Virus record (IMG/VR): IMGVR_UViG_3300045988_065473 | Coordinates: 1-58,410 of that record | Source: a virus | Reading direction: 5' to 3' (one strand) | DNA length: 58,410 nt | Shown here: positions 35,040 to 43,223 of the stretch, in pieces | Layout: each line of letters opens with the position of its first letter | Numbering within the stretch: position 1 is the first letter of the stretch | The notes under the pieces: generated by a model | Databases searched by the model: none | What the model saw: only the letters and a program-made list of their open reading frames with translations | What the model was told of the DNA's origin: nothing | Position numbers and translations under genes: made by a program

Positions 35040-35077
35040 ATTTTTGCTTCCAAGCACCGCTATATATGACACTTTTC

Positions 35078-36745
35078 TCAAAAAGGCCTCTTGACAGGCT
35101 CGATTTTGATGATTCCGTTATACAGCTCATCGGCAAGCTGCGCCAAACTGTCCGGTGCATCATCGTGCGGAACCTTTCCAAGCTGCGTGAACATCGTGAC
35201 CTGTTCCATGAACGCCTTGTACTCTTTCGACTGGTGTTTTTCGTCAAGGAAATAGAACCGTTTGATGTCTGGCGCATACTGGATGATTCTTGACAGCTTG
35301 CTTTGACCGCTTGGCGCACGCTGGCTACGAACAGAGCAATGATAGCCTTGCTGCCGAAGCTGGCTGTCCACCACGTCACAGTATTCGTCACCGCCGTTGT
35401 TAGCTTCGCCGCGCACCACATTGATTTTGTGCTGGATGATTTTGCCCACGACTTCCGGTCTGGTCACGGTCTTATCGCCATTGTTGAACACAAGGTCAGG
35501 GATGAATACGGCATCTCCGTACACATAGGCGATAGGGCAGGCGGTGAAGTCACCACCACCCCATGCAATATCCATGACCATGAGCTTGCGATCAGGCTCG
35601 CCGTCAGGCAGAACGCCGTTGAAATACCGCAGTTCATCGGCAGGGAATAGCAGGCCTTCACGCACATAGGGCTTACCCATGTACTTTGCCCACCATGTTG
35701 CATCGTCAATGCTGGCTTTCATATCGGCATAGTAGGCATCGTCAAATCCAACGCCATAGTCATAATTGAAGTTGCTGTGTCCGTTTTCGTCCACCGCAGG
35801 AATCACCCGGAATCGGTACTTCGGGTTGTCTGCATACTGGTTCTGGATGCGTCCCAGAGGGTCAAGCACGTTCCATCGGGTGCCGACCATCAGCTCTAAT
35901 GCGCCTTGCTTTTTACGGTCTTTCAGCTGGTTCAAATAGGCATCGTACTTGTTGTTCAGGCGCTCAACATTCAGGCTTTCCTCCAAGTCCTCGATCAAGT
36001 CATCGCTGTACAGAACGCCGCCCTCGCCAATTTCAACAGCACCAGTCAACGTACCGCCGATGGAACGACAGGTCAGGGTGGGGAAACGCTTCTTTCGGTT
36101 CAGATCAACGCTTTCGTCCTTTGCGCTTTTGTCCACAAGCTGAACGTCAGGGAAGATTTTGCCCCAGTTGTAGGTCACGGGGTCGGTGATGATGGACAGC
36201 ACTTCGCCGTAGAAGCCGTTGGTCAGCTTGTCAGAATGTCCGCTCATAACCGATGCAACGTCAGGGCGGTTACCCATCAGCCATGTGATGAAAAATATAC
36301 AAAGAGTTGATTTTCCAGTTCTCGGAGCCATCGAGATTCCCAAGAAATCTACACGATGGAAAAACAAGTCCTCAAGGTCATTGACAAGCGTGTGCAAAAT
36401 GCGCCTGCGCGGCTGATAGAACTTCTTCTCCGGCGCACGATTCCATTCAAGGTAGATGCAATAGCTGTCGAACACATCCTTTGCTTCAAGCAGGTACGTC
36501 CGGCCGATAATGTCATAGACCTTCGCCACGTCCTCGCCTGTTTTCATCTTGCCCATCATGGATGCACAGACGGAACGCAGCTCACCAGAGTATTTGTAGG
36601 CATCGAACCGCTTGTCTTGCGGCAGAGCATCTCTCAGGTTCACCACCGCCTGAAACCAGTCCTCATAGACCTGCGCTTCGGTCGGATTCTGCTTTGCATA
36701 CGCTTTAATACTGTCGATGATGGCGATACACTGTTTTGGCTGCAT
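35078..36745 (-). CDS. terL: Terminase large subunit
   Basis: Walker A-like SMAPRTGKST, DDLIED acidic motif and a C-terminal nuclease-like half. Confidence 0.85.
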   Translation of the reverse strand: MQPKQCIAIIDSIKAYAKQNPTEAQVYEDWFQAVVNLRDALPQDKRFDAYKYSGELRSVCASMMGKMKTGEDVAKVYDIIGRTYLLEAKDVFDSYCIYLEWNRAPEKKFYQPRRRILHTLVNDLEDLFFHRVDFLGISMAPRTGKSTLCIFFITWLMGNRPDVASVMSGHSDKLTNGFYGEVLSIITDPVTYNWGKIFPDVQLVDKSAKDESVDLNRKKRFPTLTCRSIGGTLTGAVEIGEGGVLYSDDLIEDLEESLNVERLNNKYDAYLNQLKDRKKQGALELMVGTRWNVLDPLGRIQNQYADNPKYRFRVIPAVDENGHSNFNYDYGVGFDDAYYADMKASIDDATWWAKYMGKPYVREGLLFPADELRYFNGVLPDGEPDRKLMVMDIAWGGGDFTACPIAYVYGDAVFIPDLVFNNGDKTVTRPEVVGKIIQHKINVVRGEANNGGDEYCDVVDSQLRQQGYHCSVRSQRAPSGQSKLSRIIQYAPDIKRFYFLDEKHQSKEYKAFMEQVTMFTQLGKVPHDDAPDSLAQLADELYNGIIKIEPVKRPF

Positions 36746-36816
36746 AAAAAAATAGGCACCCCCTACCTGAAAATGTAAAGAGTGCCTACAACTGCACAAA
36801 AATCAAATATTCGGTT

Positions 36817-38031
36817 TTATTCTCCAGCTTTGAAATTGTAAATGGGCTTAATATGCTTTACAATATCAACGGTTGGAGAGATTGCGTTGATAATTTCCTG
36901 CGCTGGCTTATATGCCATCGGACATTCATCCAACGTGGATTCATCAGCTGAGGTGGTATAAATGTCGTTCATCTGCTTTTGGTATTCCTCAACGCTAAAC
37001 GCCTTTTTAGCCGCTGTTCTGCTATATAGTCTGCCAGCACCATGCGGAGCAGAGAAATTCCAATCAGGATTGCCCTTACCAACGCAGATAAGACTTCCGT
37101 CTCTCATATTAAGAGGAATAATCAGCTTCTCACCCTCTCTAGCGGATACAGAGCCTTTTCGGATAATATCATCCGATTCATCAATATAGTTATGAACAGT
37201 TTCAAAGAAGGACGCATGGGTCAGCATAGAATTGATTCCAACACCATCTAAAATGGTGTGCATAATTCTTGCTCTGTTCATCCTCGCAAAAGCCTGACAA
37301 ATTCGCATATCATTAAGGTAGGAATCACGTTCTTCGCCTTCAAGATAGCAAAGCTCATTTGGAATATCAGGGAACTGAACATCCAATTCTTTGATTTTTT
37401 GCGAGATTTCTTGTTCACGACCCTGCGCTTTCAGTTCCGCAATCAGACGTTCTGTGGCGTCTTTTCTTTTATTCTTTCCTTTAAGATTTGAAATGGCTAC
37501 GCTTTGATGGTACTCGGCAACCTGCTTTCCGAGATTTCGGCTTCCAGTATGGATAACAAGATACTGGTTCCCCTCTTCGTCCTCGTCCAACTCAATAAAA
37601 TGATTGCCACCGCCCAAAGTACCCATGCTGCGAAGAATCCAGTCAACATTGTGCAAGCTGTCCTTGCAGTCAAGCTGGCTAAGGAAAGAATCCGACATTT
37701 TCTGCGATTCGTGAACATTCATTCCAGCCGGAACTCGTTCTCTGATTACTTTATCTAACTTTTTCGGGTCGATGTGTTCAATTCCAAGTTCAGCGACAAG
37801 CATTCCGCAACCAATGTCCACGCCTACAATATTCGGAATGACTTTCTTGCCCAAGTTTGCAGTAAACCCAATTACGCACCCGGAACCAGCATGAACATCT
37901 GGCATAATGCGAATTTTGCATCCGTCAACAAAGCTCTGATTACAGAGCGTCAGAATTTGCTCAGATGCCTTGTCTTCGATATTGTCTGTGAACACCTTTG
38001 CGGACGCATATTTTCCGTCAATCGTTTTCAA
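36817..38031 (-). CDS. rtcB: RtcB-family 3'-phosphate/5'-OH RNA ligase
   Basis: Motifs MPDVHAG, GVDIGCGM, GGGNHFIE, HTGSRNLG, HNYI and SAPHGAGR are all present. Confidence 0.9.
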   Translation of the reverse strand: MKTIDGKYASAKVFTDNIEDKASEQILTLCNQSFVDGCKIRIMPDVHAGSGCVIGFTANLGKKVIPNIVGVDIGCGMLVAELGIEHIDPKKLDKVIRERVPAGMNVHESQKMSDSFLSQLDCKDSLHNVDWILRSMGTLGGGNHFIELDEDEEGNQYLVIHTGSRNLGKQVAEYHQSVAISNLKGKNKRKDATERLIAELKAQGREQEISQKIKELDVQFPDIPNELCYLEGEERDSYLNDMRICQAFARMNRARIMHTILDGVGINSMLTHASFFETVHNYIDESDDIIRKGSVSAREGEKLIIPLNMRDGSLICVGKGNPDWNFSAPHGAGRLYSRTAAKKAFSVEEYQKQMNDIYTTSADESTLDECPMAYKPAQEIINAISPTVDIVKHIKPIYNFKAGE

Positions 38032-38096
38032 TGAGTTCTCCTTTCCAATTCGGTTTTATAATGCTGTTTTAGAAATTTTCTTTATTGACCTGATTT

Positions 38097-38294
38097 TCAA
38101 ACTCCTTCCGCTGCTTTGATGGCTGCACGAACCAATTTATATACGCAAAACTCTCTGTTTTCCCAAGTGGACTTTCGGCATTCTTCTGCACACTGAATAA
38201 TGTCCAAAAGGCTTCCTCCGTTCATCATTTGAGTCAAAACACGAATGTCTTCTTCGCTCCACCACTCTGGAACTTTCACCACTTTATTGTCCAT
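38097..38294 (-). CDS. Hypothetical protein
   Basis: 65-aa ORF. Confidence 0.5.
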   Translation of the reverse strand: MDNKVVKVPEWWSEEDIRVLTQMMNGGSLLDIIQCAEECRKSTWENREFCVYKLVRAAIKAAEGV

Positions 38295-38314
38295 AAGCTG
38301 CTCCTAATAAAAAA

Positions 38315-38503
38315 TCAATAACCTTCAAGATATTTGTCATCCGGAGCTGAATTGTCCTCTTCACAATGAACCGGAACAAAAAAATCATCCCATTCTACGT
38401 TCTCGTCACGAGCATCATATTGTGCGAAAGTTTCTGCGTCAAGCAAACTATCTGCTTCAACATAAATATAACCGATTCTATGCACTTCAACACGGCATTT
38501 CAT
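38315..38503 (-). CDS. Hypothetical protein
   Basis: 62-aa acidic ORF. Confidence 0.5.
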   Translation of the reverse strand: MKCRVEVHRIGYIYVEADSLLDAETFAQYDARDENVEWDDFFVPVHCEEDNSAPDDKYLEGY

Positions 38504-38704
38504 AATGTTCTCCTTCAGATAAATCTTGCTACCATATTCTTATTTAACTTCTTTTGCAAGCTGATTCAATCTGCGCTTAAACTCGTCCGCATCGTAGTAC
38601 AAGGCGTCTGCGATGGCATTGAGAATATCGGGCTTGTCGGTGTAATCGCACAATGTTTCAATCAGTTTCAAGCTCTGATCTGACAATTTTACGGGTTTCA
38701 TGCT

Positions 38705-39010
38705 TTATTCCTTTCTCTGACTATATAAAGTAGGTTTTGGTTGTTCATCTCCTAGTATCAGCTTATAGCGGAGATACTTTTCGATAATACTGTGTCTTTC
38801 TGCCAGTGTACCGTAAATAAAGACGAGAGCATCTTTAGCAGCATCGTATTCATTCGGGAAAATGACAATTTCCTCGTTTGCAAAGGTAACGGTGCAGTTT
38901 TCCGAATGACAGGCTTCCAAGAACTGCTTGATTTCAAGGAAACCGCCAAAGTCAAGCATAGACCGTAGCGTGATGCTTCCGTTCTTAACAATCAGTTCTT
39001 CTCCCTGCAT
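38705..39010 (-). CDS. Hypothetical protein
   Basis: Start taken at the ATG just after the recombinase stop. Confidence 0.5.
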   Translation of the reverse strand: MQGEELIVKNGSITLRSMLDFGGFLEIKQFLEACHSENCTVTFANEEIVIFPNEYDAAKDALVFIYGTLAERHSIIEKYLRYKLILGDEQPKPTLYSQRKE

Positions 39011-39011
39011 A

Positions 39012-39575
39012 TTATCCAGCCTTTCTCTGTTCAGCAATCCGATACCATGTCTGGCGGGTCACGCCAAGCTGCTTGGCAGCGTCCGTGACCGTGAGAATGC
39101 GCTTCTCCACTTGCTCATGGAGAACGTCAAAGAGGTTGCGGTCATACTCGGTGGGCTTGCGACCTTTATAAACGCCTTTCTGCTTTGCCACTTCGATGCC
39201 CTCTTGCTGGCGATCAAGCATATTCTGTCTTTCAAATTCGTTGATGGCTGCAATCATCGTAAGCATCAGTTTGCCAGTTGGAGTGCCTGTATCTAGGTTC
39301 TCTTTATCACTGGCAAGGTGCACGCCGTTAGCTTGCAGCGTTTCAACCATTTCAAGCAAGTCCTTTGTGCTGCGGGCAAGGCGGCTGAAATCGTGGATAA
39401 ACACGGTATCGCCCGGTTGAACAGATTTAAGCATCTTCTGCAACTCCGGTCTATCCATATTCTTGCCAGAGACCTTCTCGATGAACCAACGGTCAATGTT
39501 ATGCCGCTTCAACGCTTCTACCTGTCGTGCTTCATTCTGTTCAACAGTAGATACACGAACATACGCTACGTTCAT
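39012..39575 (-). CDS. Small serine recombinase (resolvase/invertase family)
   Basis: N-terminal YVRVSTVEQ catalytic-Ser motif, ...SRLARS..., and a C-terminal HTH. 187 aa. Confidence 0.9.
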   Translation of the reverse strand: MNVAYVRVSTVEQNEARQVEALKRHNIDRWFIEKVSGKNMDRPELQKMLKSVQPGDTVFIHDFSRLARSTKDLLEMVETLQANGVHLASDKENLDTGTPTGKLMLTMIAAINEFERQNMLDRQQEGIEVAKQKGVYKGRKPTEYDRNLFDVLHEQVEKRILTVTDAAKQLGVTRQTWYRIAEQRKAG

Positions 39576-39841
39576 TCAGAATCGCCGTCCTTTGCTCTTT
39601 TGGGGTATTCCAAACGGTAAAAATCTTCTTTGTCCTTTTTGATGGTTTTGGGACGAATGATAATTTCGTAGCCAAGTTCATCTGCAAATTGTGCAAATTT
39701 CTCTGCGCTCAGTTCTCCACGATTCAGCCTATCCGTGACGCTCGTTGCTGCTTTATAACCAAGTTTTTTTGCGAGAACCTTGTAAGTTATTTTCGGATGA
39801 GAATTTACAACCATGTCTTTAATAATTTCTGCGGCTCTCAT
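39572..39841 (-). CDS. HTH DNA-binding protein co-transcribed with the recombinase
   Basis: YKVLAKKLGYKAATSVTDRLNRG. ATGA overlap with the recombinase gene. Confidence 0.65.
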   Translation of the reverse strand: MRAAEIIKDMVVNSHPKITYKVLAKKLGYKAATSVTDRLNRGELSAEKFAQFADELGYEIIIRPKTIKKDKEDFYRLEYPKRAKDGDSE

Positions 39842-39873
39842 TTTTTTGCTCCCTCTTTCTTTTTGCTGGCTTC

Positions 39874-39916
39874 AGTATACCACAAACGTATTTATACGTC
39901 AAGCGTAAATTTACGT
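39874..39916 (-). promoter_or_regulatory. Promoter (TTGACG-17-TATACT) with ACGTA-N4-TACGT operators
   Basis: Operator ACGTATTTATACGT (39886-39899) lies in the promoter spacer. GCGTAAATTTACGT (39903-39916) lies just upstream. Confidence 0.6.
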
Positions 39917-39934
39917 TCTATGTATATATAAATA

Positions 39935-39964
39935 TACTATACTCTGTAAATACAGAGTATAGTA
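39935..39964. repeat. 30-bp perfect palindrome TACTATACTCTGTA-AA-TACAGAGTATAGTA (candidate recombinase crossover site)
   Basis: 14-bp perfect arms around a central AA, about 95 bp upstream of the HTH-recombinase operon. Confidence 0.6.
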
Positions 39965-40110
39965 GTATAAGAACGTTAATCATTTTACACGAAAACGTGT
40001 ATACGCTTTATTTTTGAGCAATTCTGAATCTGTAAAGTATATTTTATTCAAATTTCCATATTGACAAGTGTTCAATATCTGGTATATACTATCACCAGCA
40101 ACAAAGCGAG

Positions 40111-40299
40111 GTGATGAAATTGCAGAAAGCAGCAGAGCCATCTAAAAACGAATCTATGCGTATGGTTTCGTTCAGACTTAGCGAAGAGGATATCGAAAAA
40201 ATCACATTTTGCGCTAACGCTCTGGATGGAACCAAGAGTGATGTTGTAAGAATGGGCATTGATCTAATCTTCAACGTTGCAGAACGCATAAAAAAATAA
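40111..40299 (+). CDS. Ribbon-helix-helix (CopG/Arc-like) protein
   Basis: RMVSFRLSEEDIEKITFCANALDGTKSDVVRMGI. TTGACA-18-TATACT promoter at 40061-40090. The exact start is ambiguous (GTG, ATG or TTG). Confidence 0.65.
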   Translation: MMKLQKAAEPSKNESMRMVSFRLSEEDIEKITFCANALDGTKSDVVRMGIDLIFNVAERIKK

Positions 40300-40444
40300 G
40301 CTATCAGCACCCACCTACCAAAGTTTAGCTGATAGCTTATCCGTTACAAAAAGAAGGTACTGCAACCACCAAGGGGGCAGTCTCCCTTTTCGGAATCTAT
40401 TATACCAAAAAGGGCTGCTCTCCGCAAGAGTTAGGAGAAAAAAC

Positions 40445-40603
40445 ATGAACTTTCCAACGAAAACCGAAGAATTTCTGAAAACCCTCGCCCACGGCAAAGA
40501 GCCGACCAGCGAGGACAGAGAGTACGCAGAAGCGCTGGGTAAGCTGTCCGAACTGAACTACCGAGCAGGGTACGAAGCGGGAGCATCCAAAAATAAGGGC
40601 TGA
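40445..40603 (+). CDS. Hypothetical 52-aa protein
   Basis: Hand-translated as MNFPTKTEEFLKTLAHGKEPTSEDREYAEALGKLSELNYRAGYEAGASKNKG. TAGGAGAAAA RBS. Confidence 0.45.
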   Translation: MNFPTKTEEFLKTLAHGKEPTSEDREYAEALGKLSELNYRAGYEAGASKNKG

Positions 40604-40730
40604 GTTTTGTGCAAGCCTACAAATTTTGACGTCAACGCTATCGAGTGCTATATGTAGCACTTCTTTTCTTGACTTAACACAAAATAAGGTTATACTAACA
40701 TCACCAGCAAATGAAAGGAAGTGAATAAAC

Positions 40731-40904
40731 ATGAGTAGCCCTTACGCCGAGCGGTTCAATCGAACGCTGACGATCAGTATGACTGACAAGCAGTTTGAGC
40801 ATTTGCAAGCGTACTGCATCAAGAAGCGCGTATCGTTGTCCTTTGCGCTTCGAGATGCGTTCTTTACGCTGCATCCCATCCCGGAGACCGATGAAAAAGA
40901 ATAA
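40731..40904 (+). CDS. Ribbon-helix-helix-like protein (57 aa)
   Basis: Hand-translated as MSSPYAERFNRTLTISMTDKQFEHLQAYCIKKRVSLSFALRDAF... TTGACT-16-TATACT promoter at 40669-40696. Confidence 0.5.
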   Translation: MSSPYAERFNRTLTISMTDKQFEHLQAYCIKKRVSLSFALRDAFFTLHPIPETDEKE

Positions 40905-41031
40905 GACGCTCGCTAAAGTTTGGCGACCGCAGCGAACGTCTTATGAAACACTCAGAGAGTACAGACCCTCTTTGGGTTATTATACCAGAGATGGCCTACT
41001 CTCGCAAGATAGAAAGGTCAAATTTCTATGA
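40891..41031 (+). CDS. Hypothetical 46-aa basic protein
   Basis: Overlaps the upstream stop and the downstream start (ATGA). Confidence 0.35.
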   Translation: MKKNKTLAKVWRPQRTSYETLREYRPSLGYYTRDGLLSQDRKVKFL

Positions 41032-41855
41032 ATAATAATCTTGAAACCATCCGAATCTTCTCCGAAGATGTTATCCCCGTGTACGACACCGACACTGGCG
41101 AAAAGGTTGTTCTGGGTCGGGAACTGCACGAGCGGCTCAAAATCAAGACCGCATACAAAGACTGGTTTCCTCGTATGTGCGAGTATGGTTTTGTTGACGG
41201 AAAAGACTATGGCTCATTTTTGAGCAATAGGTCTGATGGGCTTGCTGGAAAGCCCAGAACCGACCATATTATCACTCTGGACATGGCAAAGCACATTGCG
41301 ATGATTCAGCGGACACCTGAGGGCATGGAGATTCGCCAGAAGCTGATCGACCTTGAGAAGAACGTATCGCATTATCCGGTCGGACAGCCCAGCAGCTTGC
41401 AGATTTTGAACATGATGGTTCAGGCTGTGAACGAACAGGCTGCACGAAGCGCAGAAACCGAGAAGCGCGTGGATGCCATTGAATCCGGTTTCAACAATAT
41501 GTGCTCGATTATGACCGTCAGCGTCAAGGATGATGCACGGAAGGTCTGTCAGCGCACGTTGAATGCCATTGCAACCAAGCGTGGCGGTGGTACAGCCTAC
41601 GCAGACGTATGGAACGAAGTCTACGATGAAATGAAGGAGAACGGCTTCGATGTGCGCCGCCGTTTGGATAACCGCAAGAAGGATGCCGCGTCTAAGGGCA
41701 TGAGCAAGACTTTTGTGCGGAAAATCAACGCTGTTGACATCATCTTCGACAGCAAAGACAAGAAGATGGAATCTGCGTTCATCAACTCCGTACGCCGTTT
41801 GGCAGCGGCCACAAACGTGAAGTTTGAGGTCAAGGAAGAAAAGCAGTCCGCATAA
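41028..41855 (+). CDS. AntA-type phage antirepressor
   Basis: LHERLKIKTAYKDWFPRMCEYGFVDGKDY matches the AntA/AntB N-terminal pattern. Confidence 0.75.
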   Translation: MNNNLETIRIFSEDVIPVYDTDTGEKVVLGRELHERLKIKTAYKDWFPRMCEYGFVDGKDYGSFLSNRSDGLAGKPRTDHIITLDMAKHIAMIQRTPEGMEIRQKLIDLEKNVSHYPVGQPSSLQILNMMVQAVNEQAARSAETEKRVDAIESGFNNMCSIMTVSVKDDARKVCQRTLNAIATKRGGGTAYADVWNEVYDEMKENGFDVRRRLDNRKKDAASKGMSKTFVRKINAVDIIFDSKDKKMESAFINSVRRLAAATNVKFEVKEEKQSA

Positions 41856-41876
41856 TACATAACAGCCAATAAGAAA

Positions 41877-41917
41877 AGCCAGTGGTTAGAGAACATCTAG
41901 CCGCTGGCTTTTTATTT
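41877..41917. terminator. Bidirectional terminator
   Basis: AGCCAGTGG...CCGCTGGCT, a 9-bp stem with flanking A and T runs between convergent genes. Confidence 0.7.
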
Positions 41918-42626
41918 ACGGAACTATGAATCGGCAATCAGTGAATTTGTTTCCGTCAAAATCACCGACGAATGTAACAGTCTGGCCGGGAAAAAGCCTA
42001 GAAATCTTATCTTTTTCATTTTCTGGGAATCCAGCCATATAAACGGTATAACCAATGCTGTGAGAAGTGACGAAGTTCACACTGAACATAACAGTGTACG
42101 GATTATCTAGCTTAACCATTGCGTCTGATACACTGTTGACTTGATATGTCACCTTATATTGCTTACCAGCGTATTTGTCTTTTGCCTTTACAGCGTTGTC
42201 GGCCGCCTGTTTTGCATAATCATCCAAATCAAGCGTTGGAATATCATCATCTGGGTTATGCGAAGAAGCACTGGATGCCACCCGCTCACTGCTTGCGGGT
42301 TCAGAGCTTATAGGCTGTTCAGATTCGGATGCCGCTTCTTGAGATGCTGGAGTGCTGCTTACTGAGCTTTCGGAAACTTCCTCAATAGAGCTATCATCCA
42401 TTTCCGTTGCCGTAGACTTGGCGGAGGAAGATGTAACGCCGGAGCTTGCCGATTCATCATGTGATGGCTCTGGTGTTACAGCCAAGCATATAACAAGAAC
42501 TGCAAATGATGCAAAGAAAGCAATTAACATCCGATTGTCTTTCTTATGCGTTGCTTTGTTGTAAAGACACAGCGCTCCAAACACAGGCGTTGCAACCAGA
42601 GCAATCATTCCAAATAAGGCGTACAT
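41916..42626 (-). CDS. Membrane-anchored Ser-rich protein with a C-terminal OB-like domain (moron)
   Basis: Two N-terminal TM segments, an S/E-rich linker, and a monocistronic unit with its own RBS (AAAGGGAGGAA). Confidence 0.65.
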   Translation of the reverse strand: MYALFGMIALVATPVFGALCLYNKATHKKDNRMLIAFFASFAVLVICLAVTPEPSHDESASSGVTSSSAKSTATEMDDSSIEEVSESSVSSTPASQEAASESEQPISSEPASSERVASSASSHNPDDDIPTLDLDDYAKQAADNAVKAKDKYAGKQYKVTYQVNSVSDAMVKLDNPYTVMFSVNFVTSHSIGYTVYMAGFPENEKDKISRLFPGQTVTFVGDFDGNKFTDCRFIVP

Positions 42627-43096
42627 TTTTGTAGATTCCTCCCTTTTAAGGCTTGTAAGGCAAGTATAGCACAGAACGCAGACCCTTTGTAGGGGTCTTT
42701 TTTGTTTTTGCGAGAAATTTTTGAGATTGGCGACAGGGGTAGGGCGTTTTGTGCAGAAAAGAGGGGGTGGGTAGGCAGGGAAAACGCCTTTTTTGAATTT
42801 TTTCTACGCGAGGTGTCGACCACCCCACCCCCGGCTCGCCCCATATACCCCAGAGGTGGAGACCCCAGCCCAGCGCACCCGGACAGACTGAACAGCACAG
42901 GCAGCAGGGCAGGCCGTGCCAGATGCAAGGCAGACCACGCTACGCACCGACACACACGCCCAAACGCTGGACACGCTGCACCGGTCTGCTCCCGATACCA
43001 GACAAGCCGCGCCGGGACAATCGGACAGTGTGCGGGGCGCTGGACTGCCTGCGCAACGTGTCCGATAGGGCACGCCCAAACGGACAAAAAATAAAA

Positions 43097-43182
43097 ACGT
43101 ATAAATACGTCATTATGTTGCGTGTGCAACTTGACAAAAACGTAAATATACGTTACAATATAGGCACAACGTAGATATACGT
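43097..43182 (+). promoter_or_regulatory. Promoter TTGACA-17-TACAAT (43131-43159) with three ACGTA-N4-TACGT operators
   Basis: ACGTATAAATACGT (43097-43110), ACGTAAATATACGT (43140-43153, in the spacer) and ACGTAGATATACGT (43169-43182). Confidence 0.7.
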
Positions 43183-43223
43183 TACACCTACCAAATACCG
43201 TTACAAAACAGGAGGACAAAACC

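Noticed and set aside
36792-36806. 15-nt exact match (CTGCACAAAAATCAA) between 1-15 and the rtcB-terminase gap.
   Set aside because: In a 58-kb sequence searched on both strands, a few chance 15-mer matches are expected. There is no extended similarity beyond 15 nt.
38504-38704. Small minus-strand ORFs between 38315..38503 and 38705..39010 (44 aa from the ATG at 38700; 36 aa from a GTG in another frame).
   Set aside because: The helical-looking C-terminal peptide (…DILNAIADALYYDADEFKRRLNQLAKEVK) and the ATG/RBS-like start lie in different frames. I cannot decide between a frameshifted gene and two tiny ORFs, so it is left unannotated.
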